Shown in pieces: positions 1 to 7,113 of a stretch of DNA of 35,809 nt. Below the pieces are notes generated by a model. That model saw nothing but the letters and a program-made list of their open reading frames with translations, ran no database searches and was not told where the DNA came from. The stretch lies in IMG/VR virus record IMGVR_UViG_2690316210_000007, positions 1 to 35,809 of that record. The stretch is one strand, 5' to 3'. How positions within the stretch are numbered: the stretch's first letter is position 1; the number at the start of each line of letters is the position of its first letter. Source of the stretch: a virus. Lineage: Duplodnaviria > Heunggongvirae > Uroviricota > Caudoviricetes. The translations under genes were made by a program, and so were the position numbers.

Positions 1-210
1 CCTGTTATCAGAGACTGCCAGCGTTGTGGTGGTCGTGGCTGTGAAAGACTACCATCAACGGAGGCATTTAATGCCATATGCAAAGTGACGAGTGCTATCA
101 CGCTTGATACGTGGAAAAAATCAGTGAAACGCTTTTACGATACGTTGGTGGTTCGGTTTGACATTGAAGAGGCATGGGCGGAGCGGCAGTTAAAGAGGGT
201 AACGCGATAG
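1..210 (+). CDS. Q: Late antiterminator Q (lambda Q family), C-terminal fragment; 5' end lies outside the window
   Basis: Frame-1 translation ...CQRCGGRGCERLPSTEAFNAICKVTSAITLDTWKKSVKRFYDTLVVRFDIEEAWAERQLKRVTR* (stop TAG 208-210) aligns by eye with the Cys-containing C-terminal region and tail of lambda Q (recalled ...CGRCKGVGYSRMPASAAYRAVTMLIPNLTQPTWSRTVKPLYDALVV...AVTR). A pR'-like sequence follows immediately. Confidence 0.7.
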   Translation, partial: PVIRDCQRCGGRGCERLPSTEAFNAICKVTSAITLDTWKKSVKRFYDTLVVRFDIEEAWAERQLKRVTR

Positions 211-211
211 T

Positions 212-250
212 GTTGTTGATTTTTCCCGAATCTGTGGTAAATTTGCTCTA
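212..250 (+). promoter_or_regulatory. Candidate late promoter pR' with Q-utilisation (qut) region
   Basis: Sequence tgttgttgatttttcccgaatctgtggtaaatttgctctaacgatggg resembles the recalled lambda pR' region (GGGTAAATTTGACTCAACGATGGGTTAAT). Candidate -10 TAAATT at 238-243 with a TTGA-type -35 about 17 bp upstream. Position directly after Q. Confidence 0.45.
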
Positions 251-290
251 ACGATGGGCGTTTTATGCCTGACGTTAGAAGATTTTTTAC

Positions 291-314
291 ACCCCGCCGC
301 CTGGCGGGTTTTTT
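291..314 (+). terminator. Candidate tR'-like intrinsic terminator (end of short pR' transcript)
   Basis: GC-rich hairpin cccgccgcc/tggcggg followed by T6 (accccgccgcctggcgggtttttt). Confidence 0.5.
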
Positions 315-436
315 ATGACTGAAATCGCGTCAGTACAGTAAACGCGCTGGTGGCGGTGAATACCTGTCTTTCAGCTTGCTGGCTTTTTCGACAAGAGTTA
401 TTGGTGTGTCACGTTAACCGGAAAAGGGAAAAAGAC

Positions 437-634
437 ATGCTAAAACAGCAGGATATGACAGAAACCGCCAGAGTAGTGTTTAATGAATTAAGCGTTACCG
501 AACCGGCGACAGTCGGGGAGATTGCACAGAATACTTACCTTTCACGCGAACGCTGCCAGTTAATACTGACCCAGCTGGTTATGGCGGGTCTGGCAGACTA
601 TCAGTTCGGTTGTTACAGACGCCTTCCGCAGTGA
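437..634 (+). CDS. Small hypothetical protein (65 aa), possibly helix-turn-helix
   Basis: ATG at 437 preceded by a purine-rich RBS (aaagggaaaaagac). Translation MLKQQDMTETARVVFNELSVTEPATVGEIAQNTYLSRERCQLILTQLVMAGLADYQFGCYRRLPQ; the segment TVGEIAQNTYLSRERCQLIL looks like an HTH. The ORF-track start at 350 is an upstream extension. Confidence 0.4.
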   Translation: MLKQQDMTETARVVFNELSVTEPATVGEIAQNTYLSRERCQLILTQLVMAGLADYQFGCYRRLPQ

Positions 635-784
635 AGGCTTTTTTATTTGTGGTAAATGGGCGGCTGGTGGGTGTTAGGGGCACCCACCAGCCATCTGCTC
701 ATGCGTTGGGTTCACAAGCAAACCTCAGGCCCACTGCTTTGCGCAAAAGCAGAATGAGCCTATCAGAGACAGGCTTAATGATCC

Positions 785-1834
785 ATGCTTAATACTGTAA
801 AAATATCCAGTTGTGAGTTAATCAACGCCGACTGCCTGGAATTTATCCGGTCGTTACCCGAAAATTCTGTTGACCTGATAGTCACGGACCCGCCGTACTT
901 TAAAGTGAAGCCTGAGGGCTGGGATAACCAGTGGAAGGGCGACGATGATTACCTGAAGTGGCTGGACCAGTGTCTGGCGCAGTTCTGGCGGGTGCTGAAA
1001 CCTGCCGGAAGTCTTTACCTGTTCTGTGGTCATCGCCTGGCATCTGATATCGAAATCATGATGCGTGAACGCTTCAGTGTGCTGAACCATATTATCTGGG
1101 CGAAGCCGTCCGGACGCTGGAACGGATGCAACAAGGAAAGCCTGCGGGCGTATTTCCCCGCCACAGAGCGCATTCTGTTCGCGGAACATTATCAGGGGCC
1201 GTATCGTCCGAAAGATGCCGGGTATGCGGCGAAGGGCAGTGCACTGAAACAGCATGTGATGGCCCCGCTGATTTCTTACTTTCGTGATGCGCGCGCGGCC
1301 CTGGGGATAACGGCAAAACAGATTGCAGATGCCACAGGAAAGAAAAACATGGTGTCGCACTGGTTCAGTGCCAGTCAGTGGCAGCTACCGAATGAAAGCG
1401 ATTATCTGAAATTACAGGCGCTGTTTGCCCGGGTGGCAGAAGAGAAGCATCGGCGTGGTGAACTGGAAAAGCTCCACCACCAGCTGGTGGATACGTATAC
1501 CTCACTGAACCGGCAGTATGCGGAGCTGCTGAGTGAATATAAACATCTGCGGCGGTATTTTGGCGTGACGGTGCAGGTGCCGTATACCGATGTGTGGACG
1601 CATAAACCGGTGCAGTTCTATCCCGGGAAACATCCGTGCGAAAAACCGGCAGAAATGCTGCAGCAGATAATCAGCGCAAGTAGCCGTCCTGGTGATCTGG
1701 TTGCGGATTTTTTCATGGGGTCGGGTTCAACGGTAAAAGCGGCGATGGCACTGGGGCGTCGTGCGATTGGTGTTGAGCTGGAGACCGGACGTTTTGAGCA
1801 GACAGTCAGGGAAGTTCAGGATTTAATCGTTTGA
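785..1834 (+). CDS. DNA amino-methyltransferase (N6-adenine or N4-cytosine), encoded in the late operon
   Basis: 349-aa ORF with DPPY motif IV near the N-terminus (DLIVTDPPYF) and an FxGxG AdoMet motif I near the C-terminus (DLVADFFMGSGST), i.e. beta-class motif order. Confidence 0.85.
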   Translation: MLNTVKISSCELINADCLEFIRSLPENSVDLIVTDPPYFKVKPEGWDNQWKGDDDYLKWLDQCLAQFWRVLKPAGSLYLFCGHRLASDIEIMMRERFSVLNHIIWAKPSGRWNGCNKESLRAYFPATERILFAEHYQGPYRPKDAGYAAKGSALKQHVMAPLISYFRDARAALGITAKQIADATGKKNMVSHWFSASQWQLPNESDYLKLQALFARVAEEKHRRGELEKLHHQLVDTYTSLNRQYAELLSEYKHLRRYFGVTVQVPYTDVWTHKPVQFYPGKHPCEKPAEMLQQIISASSRPGDLVADFFMGSGSTVKAAMALGRRAIGVELETGRFEQTVREVQDLIV

Positions 1835-1883
1835 AACGGATGAGATTGCAGAATTAATTACGCACCATTATTATTCTGCTCCC

Positions 1884-1959
1884 GGCCCTTTAGCTCAGTG
1901 GTGAGAGCGAGCGACTCATAATCGCCAGGTCGCTGGTTCAAATCCAGCAAGGGCCACCA
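1884..1959 (+). tRNA. ileZ: tRNA with CAT anticodon (tRNA-Ile2 lysidine type or tRNA-Met), 76 nt with encoded CCA
   Basis: Cloverleaf read by hand: acceptor GGCCCTT/AAGGGCC, D-stem GCTC/GAGC, anticodon loop CTCATAA (CAT), T-arm GCTGG-TTCAAAT-CCAGC, discriminator A plus CCA. Stx-type lambdoid phages carry ileZ-argN-argO here; the ileZ symbol is by analogy only. Confidence 0.85.
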
Positions 1960-2059
1960 TCACAAACCGCCATTAGCTTATCAGGAAGAGCAGACGACAC
2001 GATAACAGGGTTGTTGGTGCGGGGGCGGGTCCCCGATGGCGGTCCATTATCGGTATTCA

Positions 2060-2136
2060 GCGTTGTTAGCTCAGCCGGACAGAGCAATTGCCTTCTAAGC
2101 AATCGGTCACTGGTTCGAATCCAGTACAACGCGCCA
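2060..2136 (+). tRNA. tRNA-Arg (anticodon TCT), 77 nt with encoded CCA
   Basis: Acceptor GCGTTGT/ACAACGC, D-stem GCTC/GAGC, anticodon stem ATTGC/GCAAT with loop CTTCTAA (TCT), T-arm ACTGG-TTCGAAT-CCAGT, discriminator G plus CCA. Confidence 0.85.
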
Positions 2137-2150
2137 CACTTATTTTCCCT

Positions 2151-2177
2151 GGCTCGCTTTTGCGGGCTTTTTTTTAA
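2151..2177 (+). terminator. Intrinsic terminator downstream of the tRNA genes
   Basis: Hairpin gctcgc-tttt-gcgggc followed by a T8 run. Confidence 0.5.
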
Positions 2178-2181
2178 ATGT

Positions 2182-2398
2182 CTCACAATTCAGGCGGTTG
2201 ACTGTTGTCTGGTTTGCGGGGAGTTTGTTAAAAGAAACTGGCATGGTGAATCCCCCTGTGCGGAGGGGCAATCAGCGAGTAGGTATATGGGATAATCGCG
2301 GATTCAGGTGCTGGTACTGAATTCACCGGGAGGCACCCGGCACCATGCAATGGCACATAGCGCCACTCTCCAGCCCCTCTCCGGAGGGGCTTTTCTGT
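2182..2398 (+). repeat. Copy 1 of a ~220-bp hairpin-rich unit; candidate structured ncRNA/sRNA locus
   Basis: Begins CTCACAATTCAGG..TTGAC; contains gcatggtgaatccccctgtgcggaggggc, caccgggaggcacccggcaccatgc and a terminal hairpin cccctctccggagggg followed by CTTTTCT. The same architecture recurs at 2650-2886. Confidence 0.4.
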
Positions 2399-2585
2399 GC
2401 CGGATACATCACAGTTTCTGGAACCTTAGGTACTACAGTATCAGTCAGGGTGCTATATTTTCAGATGTGATGAAAGCCTGTCAGCAGGCAGGGCGTATCG
2501 GAAATGACCCAGTAGAGAAAACGTTGACTCAGATACCGGTGCTGAGTTACCGGGAAACCGGCATCACATGACCGCTATCCTTCCA

Positions 2586-2612
2586 GGCCCATCCGCTCCG
2601 GTGGGCCTTTTT
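2586..2612 (+). terminator. Intrinsic terminator-like hairpin between the two repeat units
   Basis: ggccca-tccgctccgg-tgggcc followed by TTTTT. Confidence 0.45.
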
Positions 2613-2649
2613 ACTGCAGAAAACAGGTTCCCCGTTAAATGCTATGTTG

Positions 2650-2886
2650 CTCACAATTCAGTAAGTTGACAGTTGCCTGTCAGACTGGGCATTTGTTAAA
2701 AAAATTTCGCATGGTGAATCCCCCTGAGCGGAGGGGCGACTGGTGACGGTATAATCTCTGATTATCAAAACGAGAATGACGCGGGTTTAGTGGCACCGGG
2801 CTGAACTCACCGGGAGGCACCCGGCACCATGTGCATGATGATACAGATACGCGGCTTTAGCCCCTCTCCGGAGGGGTTTTCTTGTG
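2650..2886 (+). repeat. Copy 2 of the hairpin-rich unit; candidate structured ncRNA/sRNA locus
   Basis: Begins CTCACAATTCAG..TTGACA; shares the 5' block (gcatggtgaatccccctgagcggaggggc) and 3' block (tcaccgggaggcacccggcaccatg ... cccctctccggagggg + TTTTCTT) with copy 1, with a different central segment that includes TATAAT. Confidence 0.4.
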
Positions 2887-3111
2887 GGCAAAAAAAGCCC
2901 GCGCTGGGAGACGCGGGCGGCAAGGAATAAACAATAAAACGTGAAGTAATATTTCAGCTGGCGAATAATACCCCATAGTAATCACTCTGCGCAACTGCGC
3001 GGTCTTTTTCGAATTGCGGGCTGTCGTCTCTCTTCTGCCATTGTCCTGTAACTTCCGGACTTCAGCCCGCTCCTTATTTTACTCACAATATTATCCCGGC
3101 CGGGAGGATTC

Positions 3112-4968
3112 ATGGCATTTAAACACTATGACGTGGTCAGGGCGGTATCGCCGTCAGACCTTGCGAAACGACTGACACAAAAACTGAAGGAGGGCTGGCA
3201 GCCGTTTGGTAGTCCGGTGGCCATAACCCCTTATACCCTGATGCAGGCGATTGCAGCAGAAGGTGATGTGGTGGTCAGTGGTGCAACTGAGCCGGATTGG
3301 TACTACGTCATCGTACTGGCCGGGCAGTCCAATGCCATGGCTTACGGTGAAGGGCTTCCGCTGCCGGATTCATACGATGCGCCCCATCCGCGCATTAAGC
3401 AACTGGCCCGTCGTAACACAGTGACTCCCGGTGGTGAAGTATGCGTATTTAACGACATCATTCCTGCTGACCATTGTCTGCATGATGTTCAGGATATGAG
3501 TACGATTAACCATCCCCGGGCTGACCTGAGCAAAGGGCAGTACGGCTGTGTCGGACAGGGCTTACATATTGCCAAAAAACTGCTTCCGTATATCCCTAAT
3601 AACGCGGGGATCCTGCTGGTACCATGCTGTCGTGGTGGTTCGGCATTCACCCAGGGCACGGAGGGGACATTCAGCGAGTCCACGGGGGCCAGTCAGGATT
3701 CGGCTCGCTGGGGAGTGGGTAAGCCGTTATATCAGGATCTGCTTTTCCGCACGAAGGCAGCATTGCAGAAAAACCCGAAAAACGTTTTGCTGGCGATATG
3801 CTGGATGCAGGGGGAATTCGATATGACGAATGCCAGTTACGCCCAGCAGCCAGCAGCATTTCTTGCAATGGTACAGCAGTTCCGTGCTGACCTTGCCGGG
3901 CTGGCGGCGCAGTGTCACGGTGGAAGTCCGGCATCAGTCCCCTGGATTTGTGGCGACACGACATACGCGTGGAAACAAGAACACGGTACGCAATATGAAG
4001 TGGTATATGGTGCATATAAAGGTAAAGAATCCCAGCAGATTTATTTTGTTCCCTTTATGACCGATGGTAGCGGAGTTAATACACCGACAAACAACCCGTC
4101 AGAAGATCCTGATATTGCCGGGTCTGGTTATTACGGTTCGGCATCCCGAACGAACAAAAACTGGGTATCATCAAATCGCCCGACGCATTTCAGCTCATGG
4201 GCGCGTCGTGGCATTATTCCCGATCGTATGGCAACTGCTATTCTGAACGTAGCCGGTCGCACCTTAGCCTTCATTAGTGGTAAGGCACCGGAAATCAAAC
4301 CCTCGCCCGGCGGCGACACTCCATCGGGGCCGTCTGATGGTGACACATCCGTTCGTACAGTCTCCCTGCTGCCGACAGCCGGAGAGGCTGCTGCGCAGGG
4401 CTGGACCATCACCGGCGGCAGTGTTGCGCTGGAAGATGGTGTGTTTAAGGTTACCAAGCAGAGCAATAAAACCTGGTCCCTGATGCATCCGGTGGATGAC
4501 GCAGTCTCCCTGCTGACACGGGGTGGCAGACTGAGCTGTAAGTTTCGACTGTCAGGCGCACTGACCAACAACCAGTTCGGTCTGGGAATTTATCTGTATA
4601 CCGATGTAGCGTTACCTGACGTCGTGGCGATGACCGGGACTGGTAACCCGTTCCTGATGTCGTTCTTCACCCAGACCACAGACGGCAAACTGAATCTGAT
4701 GCATCACAGGAAAGCAGGAAACACAAAGTTGGGCGAGTTCGGGAATTACAGTAACGACTGGCAGACGCTGGAGCTGGTGTTCACCGCCGGCAGTGCCACG
4801 GTTACTCCGAAACTGAATGGAGTGGCTGGCCCGGCATTCCAGGTCATAAAAGACAGTCTGACACTGGGGCTGAATGCGCTGACGCTGACGGATATTACCA
4901 AAAATGCAGCGTATGGCGTTGAGATAGAAAGTCTGGTGCTGGAGATAAATGCACCAGCATCATCATAA
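3112..4968 (+). CDS. nanS-p: Prophage sialate O-acetylesterase (nanS-p-like; SGNH/SASA-type esterase with C-terminal extension)
   Basis: 618-aa ORF with RBS ggagga before ATG 3112. Contains the GQSN esterase motif (VIVLAGQSNAMAYGEG). It sits between the tRNA/stx-equivalent region and the lysis cassette, as nanS-p homologues do in Stx and Stx-like prophages. Confidence 0.7.
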   Translation: MAFKHYDVVRAVSPSDLAKRLTQKLKEGWQPFGSPVAITPYTLMQAIAAEGDVVVSGATEPDWYYVIVLAGQSNAMAYGEGLPLPDSYDAPHPRIKQLARRNTVTPGGEVCVFNDIIPADHCLHDVQDMSTINHPRADLSKGQYGCVGQGLHIAKKLLPYIPNNAGILLVPCCRGGSAFTQGTEGTFSESTGASQDSARWGVGKPLYQDLLFRTKAALQKNPKNVLLAICWMQGEFDMTNASYAQQPAAFLAMVQQFRADLAGLAAQCHGGSPASVPWICGDTTYAWKQEHGTQYEVVYGAYKGKESQQIYFVPFMTDGSGVNTPTNNPSEDPDIAGSGYYGSASRTNKNWVSSNRPTHFSSWARRGIIPDRMATAILNVAGRTLAFISGKAPEIKPSPGGDTPSGPSDGDTSVRTVSLLPTAGEAAAQGWTITGGSVALEDGVFKVTKQSNKTWSLMHPVDDAVSLLTRGGRLSCKFRLSGALTNNQFGLGIYLYTDVALPDVVAMTGTGNPFLMSFFTQTTDGKLNLMHHRKAGNTKLGEFGNYSNDWQTLELVFTAGSATVTPKLNGVAGPAFQVIKDSLTLGLNALTLTDITKNAAYGVEIESLVLEINAPASS

Positions 4969-5118
4969 AAAGTGAGCCAGTCAAATGGAAGGTATCGTTA
5001 AACTCACCGGTAGTGTCAGTGGGTCGTCTGAGATGCCTGCATGAGTTATCAGAGCCATCAGTACTTAACTGGTGGCTTTTTTTATTGTTGTCAGCTTCCG
5101 GATAACGGGAGACGGGGT

Positions 5119-5334
5119 ATGTACCAGATGGAAAAAATCACAACAGGTGTGTCATACACCACGTCAGCGGTGGGAACGGGCTACTGGTTCCTGCAGTTGC
5201 TGGACAGGGTTTCCCCGTCTCAGTGGGCGGCAATAGGCGTGCTGGGGAGTCTGCTGTTTGGGCTGCTGACATATCTGACTAACCTGTATTTCAAAATCAG
5301 AGAGGACCGTCGTAAGGCTGCACGGGGAGAGTAA
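5119..5334 (+). CDS. S: Class II holin / pinholin, phage-21 S family (71 aa) with dual-start motif
   Basis: [71 protein letters not shown] closely resembles recalled S21 (..[59 protein letters not shown]). Met1 and Met4 give the antiholin/holin dual start. RBS gggagacgggg. The ORF-track start at 5041 is an upstream extension. Confidence 0.85.
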   Translation: MYQMEKITTGVSYTTSAVGTGYWFLQLLDRVSPSQWAAIGVLGSLLFGLLTYLTNLYFKIREDRRKAARGE

Positions 5335-5338
5335 TTCA

Positions 5339-5653
5339 ATGACTCAAAACTATGAACTGATTGTGAAAGGGATCCGCAATTTTGAGAATAAAGTTACGGT
5401 AACTTTAGCGTTACGGGACAAAAAACGCTTTGACGGTGAAATTTTTGACCTGGACATCTCGCTGGACCGTGTTGAAGGTGCCGCGCTGGAGTTTTATGAG
5501 GCAGCAGCCAGAAGGAGCATCAGACAGGTCTTCCTGGATGTTGCTGCCGGGTTATGTGAAGGGGACGAGCTGTTGCCAGAAACGCGCCCCTGTTCAGAGG
5601 CGCGGTATACCATAAAAATTAACAGTTCTGATAACTCGATTACGGGTTGTTAG
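5339..5653 (+). CDS. Hypothetical protein (104 aa) inserted between holin and endolysin
   Basis: Intact ORF with RBS (ggggagagtaattcaATG), tightly packed between S (ends 5334) and R (starts 5709). No lysis-protein motifs recognised; no TM segment or signal peptide seen. Confidence 0.5.
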   Translation: MTQNYELIVKGIRNFENKVTVTLALRDKKRFDGEIFDLDISLDRVEGAALEFYEAAARRSIRQVFLDVAAGLCEGDELLPETRPCSEARYTIKINSSDNSITGC

Positions 5654-5708
5654 CTTTTTGCAGTTGGCTTTCCAGTATCTTTCATTGGTAGCATCCTGAT
5701 AAATATCC

Positions 5709-6242
5709 ATGAGCGCAAAAATCAAATACGGCCTGTCAGCTGCTGTTCTGGCGCTGATTGCTGCAGGCGCGTCTGCTCCTCAAATACTTGACCAGTTTCT
5801 GGATGAAAAAGAGGGTAACCACACTACGGCATACCGCGATGGTTCCGGTATATGGACCATCTGTCGTGGTGCCACAATGGTGGATGGTAAGCCCGTCATA
5901 CCGGGAATGAAGCTGTCGAAGGAAAAATGCGACCAGGTTAACGCTATTGAACGTGATAAGGCGCTGGCATGGGTGGAGCGCAATATTAAAGTACCACTGA
6001 CCGAACCACAGAAAGCGGGTATAGCGTCATTATGTCCCTATAACATTGGCCCCGGTAAGTGTTTCCCGTCGACGTTTTATAAGCGGCTGAATGCCGGTGA
6101 TCGTAAGGGCGCATGCGAGGCGATTCGCTGGTGGATAAAAGATGGTGGGCGCGATTGCCGCATACGTTCAAATAACTGCTATGGACAGGTTATTCGTCGT
6201 GACCAGGAAAGCGCATTAGCCTGTTGGGGGATAGATCAGTGA
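5709..6242 (+). CDS. R: SAR endolysin (T4-lysozyme-type muramidase, phage-21 R-like)
   Basis: N-terminal signal-anchor-release segment ([17 protein letters not shown]) followed by a catalytic E...D...T arrangement ([22 protein letters not shown]). Paired with a pinholin upstream, the canonical pinholin/SAR-endolysin system. Confidence 0.85.
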   Translation: MSAKIKYGLSAAVLALIAAGASAPQILDQFLDEKEGNHTTAYRDGSGIWTICRGATMVDGKPVIPGMKLSKEKCDQVNAIERDKALAWVERNIKVPLTEPQKAGIASLCPYNIGPGKCFPSTFYKRLNAGDRKGACEAIRWWIKDGGRDCRIRSNNCYGQVIRRDQESALACWGIDQ

Positions 6243-6697
6243 GCAGAGTCGCAGCGATTATTTATACTCTGGTTATCTGCACCATCGTCTGCCTGTCATG
6301 GGCTGTTAATCATTACCGCGATAACGCCATTACCTACAAAGCCCAGCGCGACAAAAATGCCAGAGAACTGAAGCTGGCGAACGTGGCAATTACTGACATG
6401 CAGATGCGTCAGCGTGATGTAGCAGAACTCGACGCCAGATACACAAAGGAGCTTGCTGATGCTAACGCGACTATCGAAAGTCTTCGTGCTGATGTTTCTG
6501 CTGGGCGTAAGCGCCTGCAAGTCGCCGCCACCTGTGCAAAGTCAACGACCGGAGCCAGCGGCATGGGCGATGGAGAAAGCCCAGGACTTACAGCAGATGC
6601 TGAACTCAATTATTACCGTCTCCGAAGTGGAATCGACAAGTTAACCGCTCAGGTCAACTACCTGCAGGAGTACATCAGGACGCAGTGCTTAAAATAA
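6239..6697 (+). CDS. Rz: Rz i-spanin
   Basis: GTG start overlapping the R stop (caGTGAgc). [61 protein letters not shown]... is near-identical to recalled lambda Rz ([61 protein letters not shown]...). Confidence 0.85.
   Translation: MSRVAAIIYTLVICTIVCLSWAVNHYRDNAITYKAQRDKNARELKLANVAITDMQMRQRDVAELDARYTKELADANATIESLRADVSAGRKRLQVAATCAKSTTGASGMGDGESPGLTADAELNYYRLRSGIDKLTAQVNYLQEYIRTQCLK
6453..6644 (+). CDS. Rz1: Rz1 o-spanin lipoprotein, embedded in the +1 frame of Rz
   Basis: 63-aa ORF inside Rz with lipobox LLGVSAC and a proline-rich mature region ([16 protein letters not shown]), as in lambda Rz1. Confidence 0.75.
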   Translation: MLMLTRLSKVFVLMFLLGVSACKSPPPVQSQRPEPAAWAMEKAQDLQQMLNSIITVSEVESTS

Positions 6698-6737
6698 TTT
6701 TAATTTCACTGAAATTTAATACGTGACTTTCAGGAAA

Positions 6738-6764
6738 ATGCCTCGCAGATGCGGGGCATTTTTG
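6738..6764 (+). terminator. Intrinsic terminator downstream of Rz/Rz1
   Basis: 9-bp stem atgcctcgc/gcggggcat (one G-U pair), loop agat, followed by TTTTT. Confidence 0.45.
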
Positions 6765-7113
6765 TACAGGTATTTCACCGCGCACCGCAGCGCACTCAAC
6801 CACGTCGAACCAAACCCTTTGGAATGAGCCTTTGAGTAGTCAGTTAGTGCTGGTGAGCCTTGACGGGCTGATCTCCTATGCAGCAAAGGTTCATCTCAAA
6901 GTAAGACGAACGCTATGACAAACCAAGATTCTATAGACCTATCTGATCTTCGTGGAATGGTCATTTTTCCAGACAAAAGGTAATCACCATAGTCGTATGG
7001 CTATGAATCTTGTTGCTGCAGATAAGCATTTTGTGATTGAAGTGGTCAAATCTCTCAAATGCAGTAAAATGCAGTGCGCTATAATTCAATAACGGAGGGA
7101 GTAAGGAGAAGTC

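Noticed and set aside
610-792. 60-aa ORF between the small HTH ORF and the methyltransferase
   Set aside because: Overlaps two strong hairpins in the leader, no RBS, overlaps neighbouring genes; more likely structured leader RNA.
1960-2059. Possible third tRNA between the CAT and TCT tRNAs (Stx-type phages carry three)
   Set aside because: I could not fold a cloverleaf with a 7-bp acceptor stem and T-arm from this stretch; at most a decayed remnant.
2011-2571. ORFs of 94 and 87 aa in the tRNA and repeat region
   Set aside because: They run through a tRNA gene and the hairpin-rich repeat; no RBS; the sequence is better explained as RNA elements.
2182-2886. CRISPR array or type III toxin-antitoxin RNA repeats as an explanation for the repeated units
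   Set aside because: Only two copies, each over 200 bp and separated by about 250 bp, with no short regular spacing and no cas or toxin gene nearby.
2890-2918. A-run followed by hairpin gcccgcg/cgcgggc, which would be an intrinsic terminator on the minus strand
   Set aside because: No minus-strand gene is positioned to use it; recorded only as a possible bidirectional insulator of the repeat locus.
2140-3110. Shiga toxin genes (stxAB) in the canonical slot after the tRNAs
   Set aside because: No ORF of appropriate size in this interval; the region is occupied by hairpin-rich non-coding repeats.
5041-5118. Upstream extension of the holin ORF (97-aa version)
   Set aside because: The S21-family holin is 71 aa with a dual start; a good RBS precedes ATG 5119; the extension has no homology.
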